Origin: Acidobacteriota bacterium
GTDB taxonomy: Bacteria > Acidobacteriota > Blastocatellia > Pyrinomonadales > Pyrinomonadaceae
Assembly (NCBI GenBank): GCA_046726155.1
Contig: JBKOZZ010000025.1
Span: 8,167 to 72,166 of the forward strand
Direction: 5' to 3'
DNA: 64,000 nucleotides
Of this stretch, positions 33,227 to 44,309 are shown one piece after another; position 1 is the first letter of the stretch; every line of letters starts with the position of its first letter. The position numbers were made by a program, and so were the translations under genes. The notes under the pieces were generated by a model, which saw only the letters and a list, made by a program, of their open reading frames with translations, was not told where the DNA came from and ran no database searches.

Positions 33227-34414
33227 ATGAAAAACGTCTATCTTGCAGCATCCGTGCGCACACCCATCGGTCGCTTTGGCGGAACACTCGCCTCTTGGAC
33301 CGCGGCGGACCTCGGTGTTGCGGCAGCAAAGGCGAGTCTTGAGCGCTCGCATTTGCGCCCTGGTCAGATTCAACAATCGATTTGGGGATGCGCGCGGCAA
33401 GCCGGCGGCGGTCCAAATGTGGCGCGACAGATCACTTATCGAGTCGGAGCTCCGGAGACGGTGCCTGCGTTTACCGTTAACCAGGCCTGTGGCTCGGGTC
33501 TGCAGGCGATCATTTTGGCAGCGCAGCAAATCATGCTCGGACGCGCCGAAATAGTGCTGGCCGGCGGCACGGAGAGCATGTCGCGCGTGCCTTACTTCGC
33601 CGAAGGAGCGCGCTGGGGGATGCGCATGGGAAATACTGAACTTGTTGACGGCATGTATCGCGATGGCTTTAACGATCCATTGTCAGGACTGGTGATGGGC
33701 GAAACGGCGGAGAACCTTGCGGTTCAATATCAGATTTCGCGTGACGAGCAAGACGAGTACGCGCTTGGTTCGCAGCAACGCGCGCAAGCTGCGATAGAGT
33801 CGGGTCGTTTTGATTCCGAAATTGTTCCTTTGGAAATTAAAGACCGCAAAGGTGAAACATTTAGTTTCACACGCGATGAACACGCCCGACCCGGGACGAA
33901 CCTGCAGGACATGCAGAAGTTAGCGCCAGTGTTTTCCAAAGATGGCACGGTAACCGCGGGAAATTCTTCAGGAATAACTGACGGCGCCGCGGCTGTAGTT
34001 GTAATGAGCGAAGCAGCGTTGGAACAATCCGGCGCTCAAGCCGAAGGAAGAATCGTTGACTACGAAGTCATCGGGGTTGCTCCTGAGATTATGGGCATTG
34101 GTCCGGTGCCGACCATTCGATCTTTGCTGTCGAGACAAAAGCTTGCGCTCCAGGACATCGATCTTATCGAACTCAACGAAGCCTTCGCGGCGCAGGTGAT
34201 TGCCTGCGATCGCGAGCTCAGTTTCGAGCCGGATCGACTAAACGCAAACGGCGGTGCGATAGCGTTAGGCCATCCGATCGGTTGCACCGGCGTCCGAATT
34301 ACGACAACACTGCTGCATGAAATGGAAAAGCGCAGCGCCCGGTTGGGTCTGTCGACTCTTTGCGTTAGCGGCGGAATGGGATTAGCGCTCCTGGTCGAAC
34401 GTGTTTCAGCTTGA
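33227..34414 (+). CDS. Acetyl-CoA C-acetyltransferase (thiolase II)
   Basis: Contains VNQACGSGLQA (active-site Cys), NGGAIALGHPIG and CVSGGMGLA. Confidence 0.9.
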   Translation: MKNVYLAASVRTPIGRFGGTLASWTAADLGVAAAKASLERSHLRPGQIQQSIWGCARQAGGGPNVARQITYRVGAPETVPAFTVNQACGSGLQAIILAAQQIMLGRAEIVLAGGTESMSRVPYFAEGARWGMRMGNTELVDGMYRDGFNDPLSGLVMGETAENLAVQYQISRDEQDEYALGSQQRAQAAIESGRFDSEIVPLEIKDRKGETFSFTRDEHARPGTNLQDMQKLAPVFSKDGTVTAGNSSGITDGAAAVVVMSEAALEQSGAQAEGRIVDYEVIGVAPEIMGIGPVPTIRSLLSRQKLALQDIDLIELNEAFAAQVIACDRELSFEPDRLNANGGAIALGHPIGCTGVRITTTLLHEMEKRSARLGLSTLCVSGGMGLALLVERVSA

Positions 34415-34572
34415 AAACGAGTAAAGTGGTGATGAGGCCAACCTCACGATGCATAGATGGCATCCGAAGTAGAGTTGCAAAGCAAGGTTGGGCACCCCCC
34501 AGGAATCTATCTCCCACCTAAGTAGCGTTAATAGTTGGCTTGAGTTCAAAATTCAGAAAGGGTTTTCCTATC

Positions 34573-35592
34573 GTGAAGAACAGTATTTTCAAATCATTCG
34601 CAATGGCTTTGGTGTTCAGCTTCACCGTTTCAGCCATCAGCCTGGCACAAAGGAATCGTAGCGTCTCTGCAATCAGGCAAGAACCGAGTCTATTGTCTTC
34701 CCTGCCTCCGTCCGACGCCGTTGCGCTAATTAACGTGAATCGCGTGTTCGACGAAGCGTTGCCGAAACTCCTCGCCGAGAATCCCACAAAGCTTGCGAGT
34801 ATTACTGCAGAGTTAACGAAGTTTAAGACACAAACTGGTCTCGATCCTCGCTCGTTCGATCAGATTGCCTTGGGCTTAAGTTACAAGTATCCAAGGGAAG
34901 GCGTTACCAAGATTTCAACCACTGTACTTGCGCGGGGGACTTTTAATGCGGGCGCGATGGTTGCGGCGGGCCGGCTCGCAGCTAACGGTAAATATGCCGA
35001 ACAGAATTATCAAGGGAAAACGATTTACATCTTCACACTGGACCGGCAAATAAGGCTGTTCGGCACATGGGACATCAATGTTCCAGACCTGGCGGTCGCG
35101 GCGCTTGATGGCAGCACGCTTGCCCTGGGCGATCTGGATGCGGTGCACGGCGTGATTGATGCAAACCGAACTCGCAAGCATGCCAACCCGGAATTGATTG
35201 CGCTCGCGACTCGTGACCCAAGTGCCATCCTTGGTTTCGGTGGCAACATTTCTCCGACGCTACTGGAAAACTTGAGTCTCAGTAACGACAGCGTTGCGCG
35301 GGAGTTGACGGCCGTGCGTCAGGTTTACGGCACACTCGGTATGACGAGTACAGATTTGGAACTGATGCTGGCAGCGCGCACTGTTGACACTTACTCGGCC
35401 AAGAATCTGGGCGACACGGTTGAAGGACTGAAGCAGTTTGGGGCGCTCTTTATTAATCGACTCTCGGCCGCGAAAGGCACGCTGGCGCGAACAGCGCTTA
35501 ACAATCTAAAGATTACCACGGTAGGTAACGAGCTTCAGATTAGAACCGCGGTCGCGCAGTCGCAAGTATCGCCGTTGATACGCGGATACTGA
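34573..35592 (+). CDS. Secreted hypothetical protein
   Basis: Long ORF with a signal peptide (VKNSIFKSFAMALVFSFTVSAISLA). I chose the GTG at 34573, which follows GAAAGGG, over the track's TTG. Confidence 0.5.
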   Translation: MKNSIFKSFAMALVFSFTVSAISLAQRNRSVSAIRQEPSLLSSLPPSDAVALINVNRVFDEALPKLLAENPTKLASITAELTKFKTQTGLDPRSFDQIALGLSYKYPREGVTKISTTVLARGTFNAGAMVAAGRLAANGKYAEQNYQGKTIYIFTLDRQIRLFGTWDINVPDLAVAALDGSTLALGDLDAVHGVIDANRTRKHANPELIALATRDPSAILGFGGNISPTLLENLSLSNDSVARELTAVRQVYGTLGMTSTDLELMLAARTVDTYSAKNLGDTVEGLKQFGALFINRLSAAKGTLARTALNNLKITTVGNELQIRTAVAQSQVSPLIRGY

Positions 35593-35668
35593 AATGGATA
35601 AATGACTGCGACCGAGGACCGTCGCTGTGCCGTCCTCTAGCGCCCTCGCTCGTCTGTAGTCAGTCGTT

Positions 35669-37684
35669 TTATTTGGTTGGAATCGGGAATTGCGGGCGTT
35701 GGGGCACGGGTGCAATTTCAGGTTCACTCTCTTCAAGGTTGGCCAGCACTGCCGAGTAGAGCTTTATTGTTCCGTCTTGCTTCATGCGCTGTTGCACCGC
35801 GCTAATGTAATCCTCGTAAACCTGGTTTTGCCTCGCCGAAAGCATTGTTTGAGTCAACTGTTCTCTTTGTTTGGCAAACTCTGCCAAGTCAGCGTCCTTG
35901 CGATCCGCCACTCCCAAGAGAACAAACTTATCTCCTATTTTCAACGGGCTCTTCGTTACTTCACCCTTCTTGAGCGCGTAGATCGCCTCGTCAAGCGCGG
36001 GATTTGCTTCTATTTTCCCCAACGTCGAACCGAGTTTATAACCAGGTTCCGATTCAACTTCGAATCCCGCCTTCTCGGCGGCCGCTTTCAAGTCTGGAGC
36101 GCTATTTATTGAAGATGCAATCTCCGTGGCCTTCTGTTCCAACTGCTCCGTTGCTCGTTGCTGTTTGACTACCTGGGCAACTTTCGTTTTGACTTCTTCA
36201 AAGTCCGGAGTGCGGGGCTCTTTTTTCTCAACCAGCATTGGGATGGCGAAGCCGCCCTTCACGCCGGTTCGCTCACCAACTTCGTTGGGACTATTCAGCG
36301 GAGCAATAACCGCTTCGAATTGTTGACTGCTGCCAATGTCCGGGACGTCGTCGCCTGGTTTAATGAAAGGCGTCTCCTTAACCATTTCGGCGGGTTTCAT
36401 GCTTGCTTCGGCAGCCAACTCCTGCCCTACTTTCTGTGGATCCTTAGTTTCCTTCAAACGATTTTGCGCGCGCTCCGCGAGTTTAGCCGCCGCTGCATAA
36501 CCCTTGCGATTTCGCAACGAAGCCAACAGCTCCGGCTTAGCTTCCTCAAAAGTCTTTGGTATTGAATCCCCGCGACGGAGGATGTACCAGTTACCGGCAT
36601 ATCTGATCGGGATATCCGAAACGTCGCCCGGCTGCATGTCTACCGCGCGATCATAAAGGGCATCAATTTTGTTCGGGTTCTTTTTAATGACTCGCGGAAG
36701 ATAACCACCAGTCTTCGCGGTTGCCGGGTCCTCAGAATTCCCGCGCGCGAGATCGGCAAAAACCTTTTCTCCACTTTCCGGGCTTGCGGCGCGAGCTTTG
36801 GCGATCAGGTCTTTAGCCTTCTGCTCAACCGGAGCATCAAGATCCTTACGCGCAACCTTTAACAGAATCTGCTGCACTTTTACGCCCGCCTGTTTGTTCT
36901 CAGGCGTAAGCTTGTCAAACTCATCCCGGAGATCCTTTTCTGAGATCTGCAGCTTTTCGCCAGACTTCGCCTGATCAATGTAAACGTAGCGAATCTTTTT
37001 TTGTGGCTCGGTGATATTGAACTCAGTTTTGTGCTGTTCGTAATAATTTTTTAGCTCTTCGTCGCCAGGTTGGATCTTTTCGGCAAGCTTGTCCACCGAT
37101 ATCACGGCGTAGGAAACATCAAAGCTGGAGTTTTTCCGTTTGTAGTCTTCCTGCACCTCATCATCCGAGACGCTGACCGCCGCCGAGACGAAGGTTTTCA
37201 GTTTCTCCTGGGCGATCTCATCTCGAACAGTTCGCTCAAAGGCCTCCATGCCGCCGTAACGTGCGGTGACTGATTCCTTATAACGTTGCATGCCCACAAA
37301 CTGACCCGACGCGTCGGAAAATTGCTTGCGAATCTTCTCGGCAACTTCGGCGTCACTCGCGGAAAGACCAAGCCGAGCGGCTTCCTGGGCAACCACGCGA
37401 TCACGAATCAATCCCTCAACAAAACGTTTGTAGCCCCCTAACTGGGCCATGCTCACCCGGCCGCCAAACATTTGCAGGTAGTTTTCCTTGAGTCGAGCAA
37501 CCTCGGCAACAGTGATTTCGTCCCTGCCAACCTTGGCCACCACTTCGGTGCTTTTGCTGGGTTCGACATTGCTGGAATTTCGACCGGGAGCGTAGAAGAC
37601 AATAAGACTTACAGCCATTAAGACGGCGAAACCAACGATAATGATGCTGCGAGTGCGTTCGAGCCGCGATAGTTGTTTGAGCAT
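35669..37684 (-). CDS. ppiD: Periplasmic chaperone / peptidyl-prolyl isomerase PpiD-like (SurA_N plus parvulin domain)
   Basis: Begins MLKQLSRLERTRSIIIVGFAVLMAV (TM anchor) and contains a parvulin-type segment, VKVQQILLKV...GGYLP. I chose the start at the internal ATG 37684. Confidence 0.7.
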   Translation of the reverse strand: MLKQLSRLERTRSIIIVGFAVLMAVSLIVFYAPGRNSSNVEPSKSTEVVAKVGRDEITVAEVARLKENYLQMFGGRVSMAQLGGYKRFVEGLIRDRVVAQEAARLGLSASDAEVAEKIRKQFSDASGQFVGMQRYKESVTARYGGMEAFERTVRDEIAQEKLKTFVSAAVSVSDDEVQEDYKRKNSSFDVSYAVISVDKLAEKIQPGDEELKNYYEQHKTEFNITEPQKKIRYVYIDQAKSGEKLQISEKDLRDEFDKLTPENKQAGVKVQQILLKVARKDLDAPVEQKAKDLIAKARAASPESGEKVFADLARGNSEDPATAKTGGYLPRVIKKNPNKIDALYDRAVDMQPGDVSDIPIRYAGNWYILRRGDSIPKTFEEAKPELLASLRNRKGYAAAAKLAERAQNRLKETKDPQKVGQELAAEASMKPAEMVKETPFIKPGDDVPDIGSSQQFEAVIAPLNSPNEVGERTGVKGGFAIPMLVEKKEPRTPDFEEVKTKVAQVVKQQRATEQLEQKATEIASSINSAPDLKAAAEKAGFEVESEPGYKLGSTLGKIEANPALDEAIYALKKGEVTKSPLKIGDKFVLLGVADRKDADLAEFAKQREQLTQTMLSARQNQVYEDYISAVQQRMKQDGTIKLYSAVLANLEESEPEIAPVPQRPQFPIPTK

Positions 37685-37857
37685 TATTATTACCTTTCCA
37701 GCAAATCGCGGATTGTAAAGGAGACCGGTTGAGCGTGCAACCGGACCAGCTTTCGAATTCAACCTTTTAGTATTCGTTTCAAGGACGGCAAGCCAGGCTA
37801 AGATAAACTTGAGCACAATTGCCGCTTTGTGATCCGGATGGTATTTTACTCACACTA

Positions 37858-38859
37858 ATGAACTCGCTTGGCAACTCAGCAGGGTTATGGATCGGTTTTT
37901 CCCTCTTCATCCTTTTCATGCTGAGCCTGGATCTCGGACTCTTTAACCGTAAAGCTCACGCAATCAAATATCGCGAAGCTACGATCTGGAGCATTGTCTG
38001 GATTACCCTGGCAATGATCTTCGCCGGAATTGTCTTCTGGTATCAAGGCACGGATCTAGGCCTCAAGTTTCTTACCGGCTATGTCATCGAGCTCTCGCTC
38101 TCTGTTGATAACCTCTTTGTCTTTCTTTTGATTTTTTCGTTCTTTAAGGTGCCGTCGAAGGTACAACACCGCGTGCTCTTCTGGGGCGTCCTGGGCGCGC
38201 TGGTAATGCGTCTCACGATGATCTTCATCGGCGCCACGCTTATCAATCACTTCCACTGGATCATTTATATCTTCGGCACCTTCCTTGTCTATACCGGCCT
38301 CAAGATGTTTCTCCAGGAAGATACCGATATACAACCTGAAGAGAATCCGGTCGTGCGGCTAGTTACGCGTTATATACCAATCACTCGTCACTACGAGGAA
38401 GAAAAGTTTTTTACGCGGGTTAACGGCAAGCTGACGGGAACATTATTGCTACTGGTGCTGGTGATTGTCGAAGTAACTGATCTGGTTTTTGCAGTTGATT
38501 CCATTCCGGCGATCTTTGCTATCACCACCAATACTTTCATTGTTTACACTTCAAACGTGTTCGCCATTCTCGGGCTGCGCTCCATGTATTTCTTGTTGGC
38601 CGGTGTGGTTGAGAAGTTTCAATATCTTAGAATGGGGCTGGCAATCGTGCTGACCTTTATTGGCACAAAAATGTTGCTTGAAATATTACATATCGTTATT
38701 TCGGTCCGGATTTCGCTCGTAGTCGTAGCTACGGTATTGCTCGCTTCGGTAGCCGCCTCGATTATCTGGCCAAAGGACGCTGAAATGGATATCGACTTGA
38801 GTCTTCCGGAAGATTTTGACTCGCCTTTTGAAGACGACCCGGATGAAAAACAACCCTGA
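37858..38859 (+). CDS. TerC/Alx-family integral membrane protein
   Basis: A multi-TM protein with TGYVIELSLSVDNLFVFLLIF and FAVDSIPAIFAIT, the duplicated TerC signature. Confidence 0.8.
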   Translation: MNSLGNSAGLWIGFSLFILFMLSLDLGLFNRKAHAIKYREATIWSIVWITLAMIFAGIVFWYQGTDLGLKFLTGYVIELSLSVDNLFVFLLIFSFFKVPSKVQHRVLFWGVLGALVMRLTMIFIGATLINHFHWIIYIFGTFLVYTGLKMFLQEDTDIQPEENPVVRLVTRYIPITRHYEEEKFFTRVNGKLTGTLLLLVLVIVEVTDLVFAVDSIPAIFAITTNTFIVYTSNVFAILGLRSMYFLLAGVVEKFQYLRMGLAIVLTFIGTKMLLEILHIVISVRISLVVVATVLLASVAASIIWPKDAEMDIDLSLPEDFDSPFEDDPDEKQP

Positions 38860-39187
38860 CTACACCCGCACGCACTCCGTTTCCCGGTAAAATATTCCTC
38901 GTAAGACCTCAAATTAACCCGCCACCCCTAAACATATGTGCTTGAACGTCCTCTTACGGCTGTGCTAGATTCGAGTTGGTAGTAGTTGCCGTTCTCGCTG
39001 CGAGATGACAGAGAGGAATCACGCTGTCCACGGCTGCCCGACTTCACACCTAAAGACCTTAATCAGTAGCCTTTAGTGCCGATTGATTAGCAAGCAAACG
39101 TTTTGTGATTTGCAGTTGCCCCCTGAGTTATCCGCCCCTACCGGATTACCCGGTCAGTAAGCCGGACCAAATAGCTTCAAAAAAGGA

Positions 39188-40438
39188 ATGAGCATAAAAA
39201 CCGGTCGATTTGTTTTTGATTGGTGGGCAATACAGAAACGTATTATCTACCTGATAGTGGCTCTCGTAGTTCTTTGCGGCCTGGCCGCCGGCGGTGCGCT
39301 CTATGTCTGGAAATATGGAAACCCGCTAAGAAAAGTCGGCATGAACGTGAAGCCGGCCTCAGGCGCGCGCTTTATTTCATTCGAAGGAGACGTGCGGGTC
39401 ATCCGCTCAGCCACACGCGAAACCATTGTTCCCAGCAGCGACACCGAACTCTATCCCGGCGATACCGTTCAGACCCAGGCCAGTGGGCGCGCGCGCGTCA
39501 GCATGGCTGACGGCTCCACACTCGTCGTCCGGCCCAACAGCACGATTATCGTGCGCGACAACGCCACCGAAGACGACGGAAAGAAAACAAACGTACATGT
39601 TGTGGTCGATAGCGGTCAGATGTTCGTGCGCACTGAGCTACAACCACAAGGAGCAAATAACGTCGTCGAGACGCCTAAGACGCGGAACAAGATGGGCGAA
39701 CAGACCGGAGCGAGCTTTAGCGTCAACCCGGAAGGCACCGAGGAGATTCGTGTTAATACCGGCGCGATCGAGAGCAGCAGTCGCATCGGGGAAAAGACGA
39801 CACTACATGGCGGCGAGTATGTCTCTGTCAATCCCTCAGGAATGCTCTCGCGGCCACAGAAGCTGCTGGATGTTCCCCTGGCGTCTCAGCCGCGCGATCT
39901 TGAAAAAGTCTTTGTAGACGCGGGTAGCGCCGCAAATATCCCTTTGAAATGGCTCCGCCCCCAATCAGGTACTCCGGCTTTCTATCGCGTCGAGGTAGCA
40001 ACGTCTCCGTTCTTCGTCGCCGATGGCAAGGTAATCGAACGCGATCAATTGGCATCTACCGAATTCACGGCGAGCGACCTTCGGCCCGGTGTTTATTTTT
40101 GGCGAGTCCGCGCTATTGCCTCAACCGGACAAACCAGCGATTGGAATGAACCGAGAAAGTTCATCGTTGTCACGCGTGGCTCGGGGAGGCGCGTGCCTGT
40201 TTCAAATCTGGCAGCTGAGTATATAGGTGGCCGCATCTACCTGATTCGGGGACGCTCCGAACCTGGGACGACGATTCGGATTGCGGGCCGCGAAACCATC
40301 GTACCCGCCGAGGGCTCTTTTCAACTGCAGATTACCGCGCCCCAGGGAACCCAGGACATAGACGTCGACGCCGAAGATCCCCGTGGGAATACCACGCCAT
40401 ACCGTCTCTCGCTCTCGGGGCACGGCGATAAAGATTGA
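39188..40438 (+). CDS. FecR-domain membrane protein
   Basis: Has an N-terminal TM segment followed by FEGDVRVIR...LYPGDTVQT...GRARVSMADGSTLVVRPNSTIIV, a FecR-type beta sandwich. Confidence 0.6.
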   Translation: MSIKTGRFVFDWWAIQKRIIYLIVALVVLCGLAAGGALYVWKYGNPLRKVGMNVKPASGARFISFEGDVRVIRSATRETIVPSSDTELYPGDTVQTQASGRARVSMADGSTLVVRPNSTIIVRDNATEDDGKKTNVHVVVDSGQMFVRTELQPQGANNVVETPKTRNKMGEQTGASFSVNPEGTEEIRVNTGAIESSSRIGEKTTLHGGEYVSVNPSGMLSRPQKLLDVPLASQPRDLEKVFVDAGSAANIPLKWLRPQSGTPAFYRVEVATSPFFVADGKVIERDQLASTEFTASDLRPGVYFWRVRAIASTGQTSDWNEPRKFIVVTRGSGRRVPVSNLAAEYIGGRIYLIRGRSEPGTTIRIAGRETIVPAEGSFQLQITAPQGTQDIDVDAEDPRGNTTPYRLSLSGHGDKD

Positions 40439-40493
40439 GTCTGACAAGCCTAAGAGCATCGAACATACGGTCTAGTACAGGAATATTTTTTCA

Positions 40494-42083
40494 ATGGAAC
40501 GCCACGTAATACTTCTAACGGACGCGCACGAAGCGCCAGCCTACGAACTAATTGAAGCTTTGCGTCTGGCCGGAGTGAAAACCCTGATTGAGGGGTTGCG
40601 CGACGCTGGGCTGGATGCAGCAGTACACCGCGCTGGCCGTGAAACTGTGGAAGAAAGCTGGGAGAAACCGCCAATAGCGGTACTCTATGAAGTCGTTGTG
40701 GGAGCCGACATGGTGGAACTCCACACGGCTGTCGAACATGCAACAACCTCCTGGCCCGGCACACCGTTAATTGCTTGCCGGAGACCGTTTAGTGGCTATC
40801 AGGGACACAGTTGGCGAAGCCTCGACGGAGCTACGTTGAAGCGTATGGGCTTCCGTGCAATTGCTGATAAGGCCGCACAGTTACCGGCTATCCTGCACGA
40901 AATTGAGGGCCACGGGGCGACCGGTGATCTAAAACTGCCCGACATTGTTAGTCCGCCTGACAGGAGTGAGCTAAGTTCTCTTCCCGCGAAAATGAAATCC
41001 AGTAGTGTGCGCGTAGCTTTTGATCTGGTTTCCTCGCTCCACTTCATCGGAGATCAAAACAGCGCGGCGCATACCGCACTCGCCGGACTTGCTCCATTAG
41101 TTAAGGCTGACTGTTGGACGATATATCTCTTTTCGGATCCCAACGGTCCGAATGAATCCATCCTCGAGGCGATCGCTTCACTAAAACCATCTGAGGAGGC
41201 GGGTTCCAATGCGTCTGATGAGTGGCGCCGGCTTTTCCTAAGAGAACAAAATGCTGCGCCTGGCTCGGAATCGAAGGCCGCCAGACTCGCGGGCGCGGGA
41301 ATGGGCACAGTGAGAAAAAAGGAACGCGGTCAACAGGTACTCGCTGTTCCTCTGATTTGCGGTGAAAGAATTCTGGGCGTGCTCGAAGGAATTCGCCAGC
41401 AACATTCATTTAAGAAGTCGGAGATCGCGATTCTCGATGCGCTGTCCCTGCCGGTCGCGTCCGCGCTAGCCAACGCTGTGCGCATTGGGGAGGCGGAGCG
41501 CCTCTCGCAAACGGACGATCTTACGAAGCTTCATAACGCTCGCTACTTGCGCCAGTTCCTTCTTAACGAGATCCGGCGAGCGCGCCGCTATGGTTCGAGC
41601 GTCGCGGCGCTATTCCTCGATCTCGACGACTTCAAGCGAGTAAACGACGCTCATGGTCACCTGGCAGGATCCCACGTGCTGATGGAGATGGCGGCGGTGA
41701 TTCTCTCTTCAATTCGCGATACCGACGCCGTGGCACGCTATGGGGGAGACGAGTTTGTGATTGTACTGCCTGACACCCAGATAGACCTCGCCGGAACGGT
41801 GGCCGAGCGTATTCGTGAAAAAATCTCGCAGCATCATTTTAGCGGGGGCCGAAATTTGAAGCTTTCCCTGACCGCCAGTTTTGGAGTCGCAACCTTCCCG
41901 GAGCATGCCTCCTCACCCCAACAGCTAATAGCTTGCGCCGACACCGCGATGTACGAGGCCAAAGCCGCTAACAAAAACTGCATTCGTTTTTCCGCATCGC
42001 TAACCCGCCACGAAAGAGCGTCAAGAGAGGTGAGCGTAACGCCCGAAGTTGTGGAGACTGATGACGGAAAAGCTTTTTCTTGA
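40494..42083 (+). CDS. Diguanylate cyclase: N-terminal receiver-like region, GAF and GGDEF domains
   Basis: Contains RYGGDEFVIVLPDT, an RxxD I-site-like context and the GAF-like segment ...VLAVPLICGERILGVLEG.... Confidence 0.8.
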   Translation: MERHVILLTDAHEAPAYELIEALRLAGVKTLIEGLRDAGLDAAVHRAGRETVEESWEKPPIAVLYEVVVGADMVELHTAVEHATTSWPGTPLIACRRPFSGYQGHSWRSLDGATLKRMGFRAIADKAAQLPAILHEIEGHGATGDLKLPDIVSPPDRSELSSLPAKMKSSSVRVAFDLVSSLHFIGDQNSAAHTALAGLAPLVKADCWTIYLFSDPNGPNESILEAIASLKPSEEAGSNASDEWRRLFLREQNAAPGSESKAARLAGAGMGTVRKKERGQQVLAVPLICGERILGVLEGIRQQHSFKKSEIAILDALSLPVASALANAVRIGEAERLSQTDDLTKLHNARYLRQFLLNEIRRARRYGSSVAALFLDLDDFKRVNDAHGHLAGSHVLMEMAAVILSSIRDTDAVARYGGDEFVIVLPDTQIDLAGTVAERIREKISQHHFSGGRNLKLSLTASFGVATFPEHASSPQQLIACADTAMYEAKAANKNCIRFSASLTRHERASREVSVTPEVVETDDGKAFS

Positions 42084-42290
42084 TAGCGTAAAGATTGCAG
42101 ATCGGTGTATCTTGGTTAGTTGGGATTGACGTTGTGCGGACGAGTAGTGGTGAATGGTAAGCAGCCCAAGTGGATCGTCGCCGGATTTAGTGCGGAGCTC
42201 TTGTCTCGAAGGTTATTCTTGCCATTTGGAATCAGTAGTTCCTGCCGACCGATGCTCTCATTTTTACATTTCACGAGAAGAGATTACTAA

Positions 42291-43337
42291 ATGGCTTTCA
42301 AATCGATTTTCAGTCTGTTCTCCAGTGATCTAGCGATAGATTTGGGGACAGCAAACACGCTCGTCTACGCAAAGGGTCGAGGCATCGTTGTTTCCGAGCC
42401 TTCCATCGTGGCGATCAATAAAGTAACTAACCAGGTAGAAGCCGTCGGTCGTGACGCAAAGGAAATGCTGGGACGGACTCCCGGTAATATCGTCGCCATT
42501 CGTCCAATGAAAGATGGCGTTATCGCAAACTTCGAAGTCACTGAGAAGATGCTGCAACACTTCATTCGCAAGGCGCACAATGGCAAGACGTGGGTCAGCC
42601 CCCGGGTCGTCATCGGCATACCGTCGGAGATAACGCAGGTGGAGCGACGCGCTGTTGAAGACTCCGCGTATCGCGCCAAGGCTTCGGAAGTTTATCTGGT
42701 CGAGGAGGCAATGGCAGCTGCAATCGGGGCGGGCCTGCCAATCACTGAGCCGCACGGCAACATGGTAGTTGATATTGGCGGCGGCACGACGGACATCGCG
42801 GTCATCAGTCTGAGCGGCATCGTTTACTCGCGCGCGGTTCGCGTGGCAGGAAATGAAATGGACGAAGCGATCATCTCCTACATCAAGCGCAAGTATAATC
42901 TCCTCATTGGAGAACGTACTGCTGAGGCGATCAAGATTGAGTTGGGCTCAGCTTATCCACTGGAAGAGTCGTTGTCTTACGAAGTTCGCGGTCGCAATTT
43001 GATCGAAGGAATACCCAAGACGATAACGATGACGGATGAAGAAGTTCGCGAGGCACTTGCTGATTCTATCGCGACGATCATTAACGCGGTGCGCGTGGCG
43101 CTGGAACGCACGCCGCCAGAGCTCTCCGCTGATATTGTCGAGCGTGGTATTGTGCTGACGGGGGGTGGCGCACTGCTGAAAAACCTCGACAAACGTCTCT
43201 CGATCGAAACCGGCTTGCCCGTGTCTGTGGCTGATGATCCGCTGGCCTCAGTTGTGCTCGGTACGGGCAAAATGCTCTCGGACTTCGATCTCCTAAAGCG
43301 TGTGAAGTGGGAAAACACTATGACCAGCGGAATGTAG
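42291..43337 (+). CDS. mreB: Rod-shape-determining actin homologue MreB
   Basis: Contains [14 protein letters not shown] and [16 protein letters not shown]. Confidence 0.95.
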   Translation: MAFKSIFSLFSSDLAIDLGTANTLVYAKGRGIVVSEPSIVAINKVTNQVEAVGRDAKEMLGRTPGNIVAIRPMKDGVIANFEVTEKMLQHFIRKAHNGKTWVSPRVVIGIPSEITQVERRAVEDSAYRAKASEVYLVEEAMAAAIGAGLPITEPHGNMVVDIGGGTTDIAVISLSGIVYSRAVRVAGNEMDEAIISYIKRKYNLLIGERTAEAIKIELGSAYPLEESLSYEVRGRNLIEGIPKTITMTDEEVREALADSIATIINAVRVALERTPPELSADIVERGIVLTGGGALLKNLDKRLSIETGLPVSVADDPLASVVLGTGKMLSDFDLLKRVKWENTMTSGM

Positions 43338-43409
43338 GAATAGGCGGTGAACGGTAGATGTGAATTAGTCTTCACCTAATCAACCCTTCACTATTGACGG
43401 TTCAATATT

Positions 43410-44309
43410 ATGGCTGCCATTCGCACCCAGAGAGAGATTCGACAGCGCGCGCCAATTTGGCTCGGAATACTGCTGTTGACCAATCTCGTGATCATGGCCG
43501 TCGACGCGCGAGACAGCGTAACCCGTCAACGTCTGCTCAGAGTTTGGATGCAAGCTCTGGTTTCACCGGCCCAGAACCTAACGGCTGGAGCAAGCGGAGC
43601 GAGTACAAACTTCGTCAGAGAAATAATCAACTTCCGCAGCACGGCGAATGAAAACGAACGACTGAAGCAGGCACTGGCCATTGCCGAGCGCGATCTTCGC
43701 AATGCGCGTCAGGCAGCGGCCGAAAATGAGCGTCTCAAAGGTCTCCTCAATTTAAGGGAACAAACTGGTTACGATCAGGTTCCGGCTCGCGTTATCGCTC
43801 GTGATCCATCCATCTGGTTCAACACCATTACCATTAACCGCGGCAGCTCTTCGGGAATTACTCTCAACATGCCGGTGATTACTGCCGGGGGAATAGTCGG
43901 TCGTGTGATTGCCCTCAGCCCCTGGACAGCACAAGTGATGATGGTGACCGACGAAAAAGCCGCGGCCGGAGCAATCGTCGGGCAGCTTGGCGAGTCCGGC
44001 GCACTCGGGTCGGTAAGAGGTCTGGGAAATACCGGTCTCATTGAAATGCGTTATGTTTCTGGTCTGGAGAAAGTTGAGGTTGGCGATTACATCTTAACGA
44101 CGGGCCAGGACAACATTTACCCGCCGGGGTTAAGCGTGGGGGAAGTTGTCCAAGTCAAGCATGGCACGGCGACCCAACCTCATCAGATTCTAATTAAGCC
44201 GGGCGCGAAACTGGATCAACTGGAAGAAGTGGCGGTGCTGCTTTATCGTCCGCCACAACGGCCTGCACCCGAGCAGACTCTCCCAAATGTAGACAAGGTA
44301 AAGAAGTAA
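43410..44309 (+). CDS. mreC: Rod-shape-determining protein MreC
   Basis: Its position after mreB, an N-terminal TM segment, a coiled coil (ENERLKQALA...ENERLKGLL) and the GMPVITAGGIVGRV beta-barrel motif support the call. Confidence 0.85.
   Translation: MAAIRTQREIRQRAPIWLGILLLTNLVIMAVDARDSVTRQRLLRVWMQALVSPAQNLTAGASGASTNFVREIINFRSTANENERLKQALAIAERDLRNARQAAAENERLKGLLNLREQTGYDQVPARVIARDPSIWFNTITINRGSSSGITLNMPVITAGGIVGRVIALSPWTAQVMMVTDEKAAAGAIVGQLGESGALGSVRGLGNTGLIEMRYVSGLEKVEVGDYILTTGQDNIYPPGLSVGEVVQVKHGTATQPHQILIKPGAKLDQLEEVAVLLYRPPQRPAPEQTLPNVDKVKK

Noticed and set aside
37685-37857. Possible yybP-ykoY (Mn2+) riboswitch upstream of the TerC-family gene, a frequent association
   Set aside because: I could not find the conserved GGGGAGUAG / UUGACA...AGACC-type blocks in the 173-nt leader. 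The segment aaaggagaccggttgagcgtgcaaccgg is only vaguely reminiscent. A covariance-model scan would settle it.
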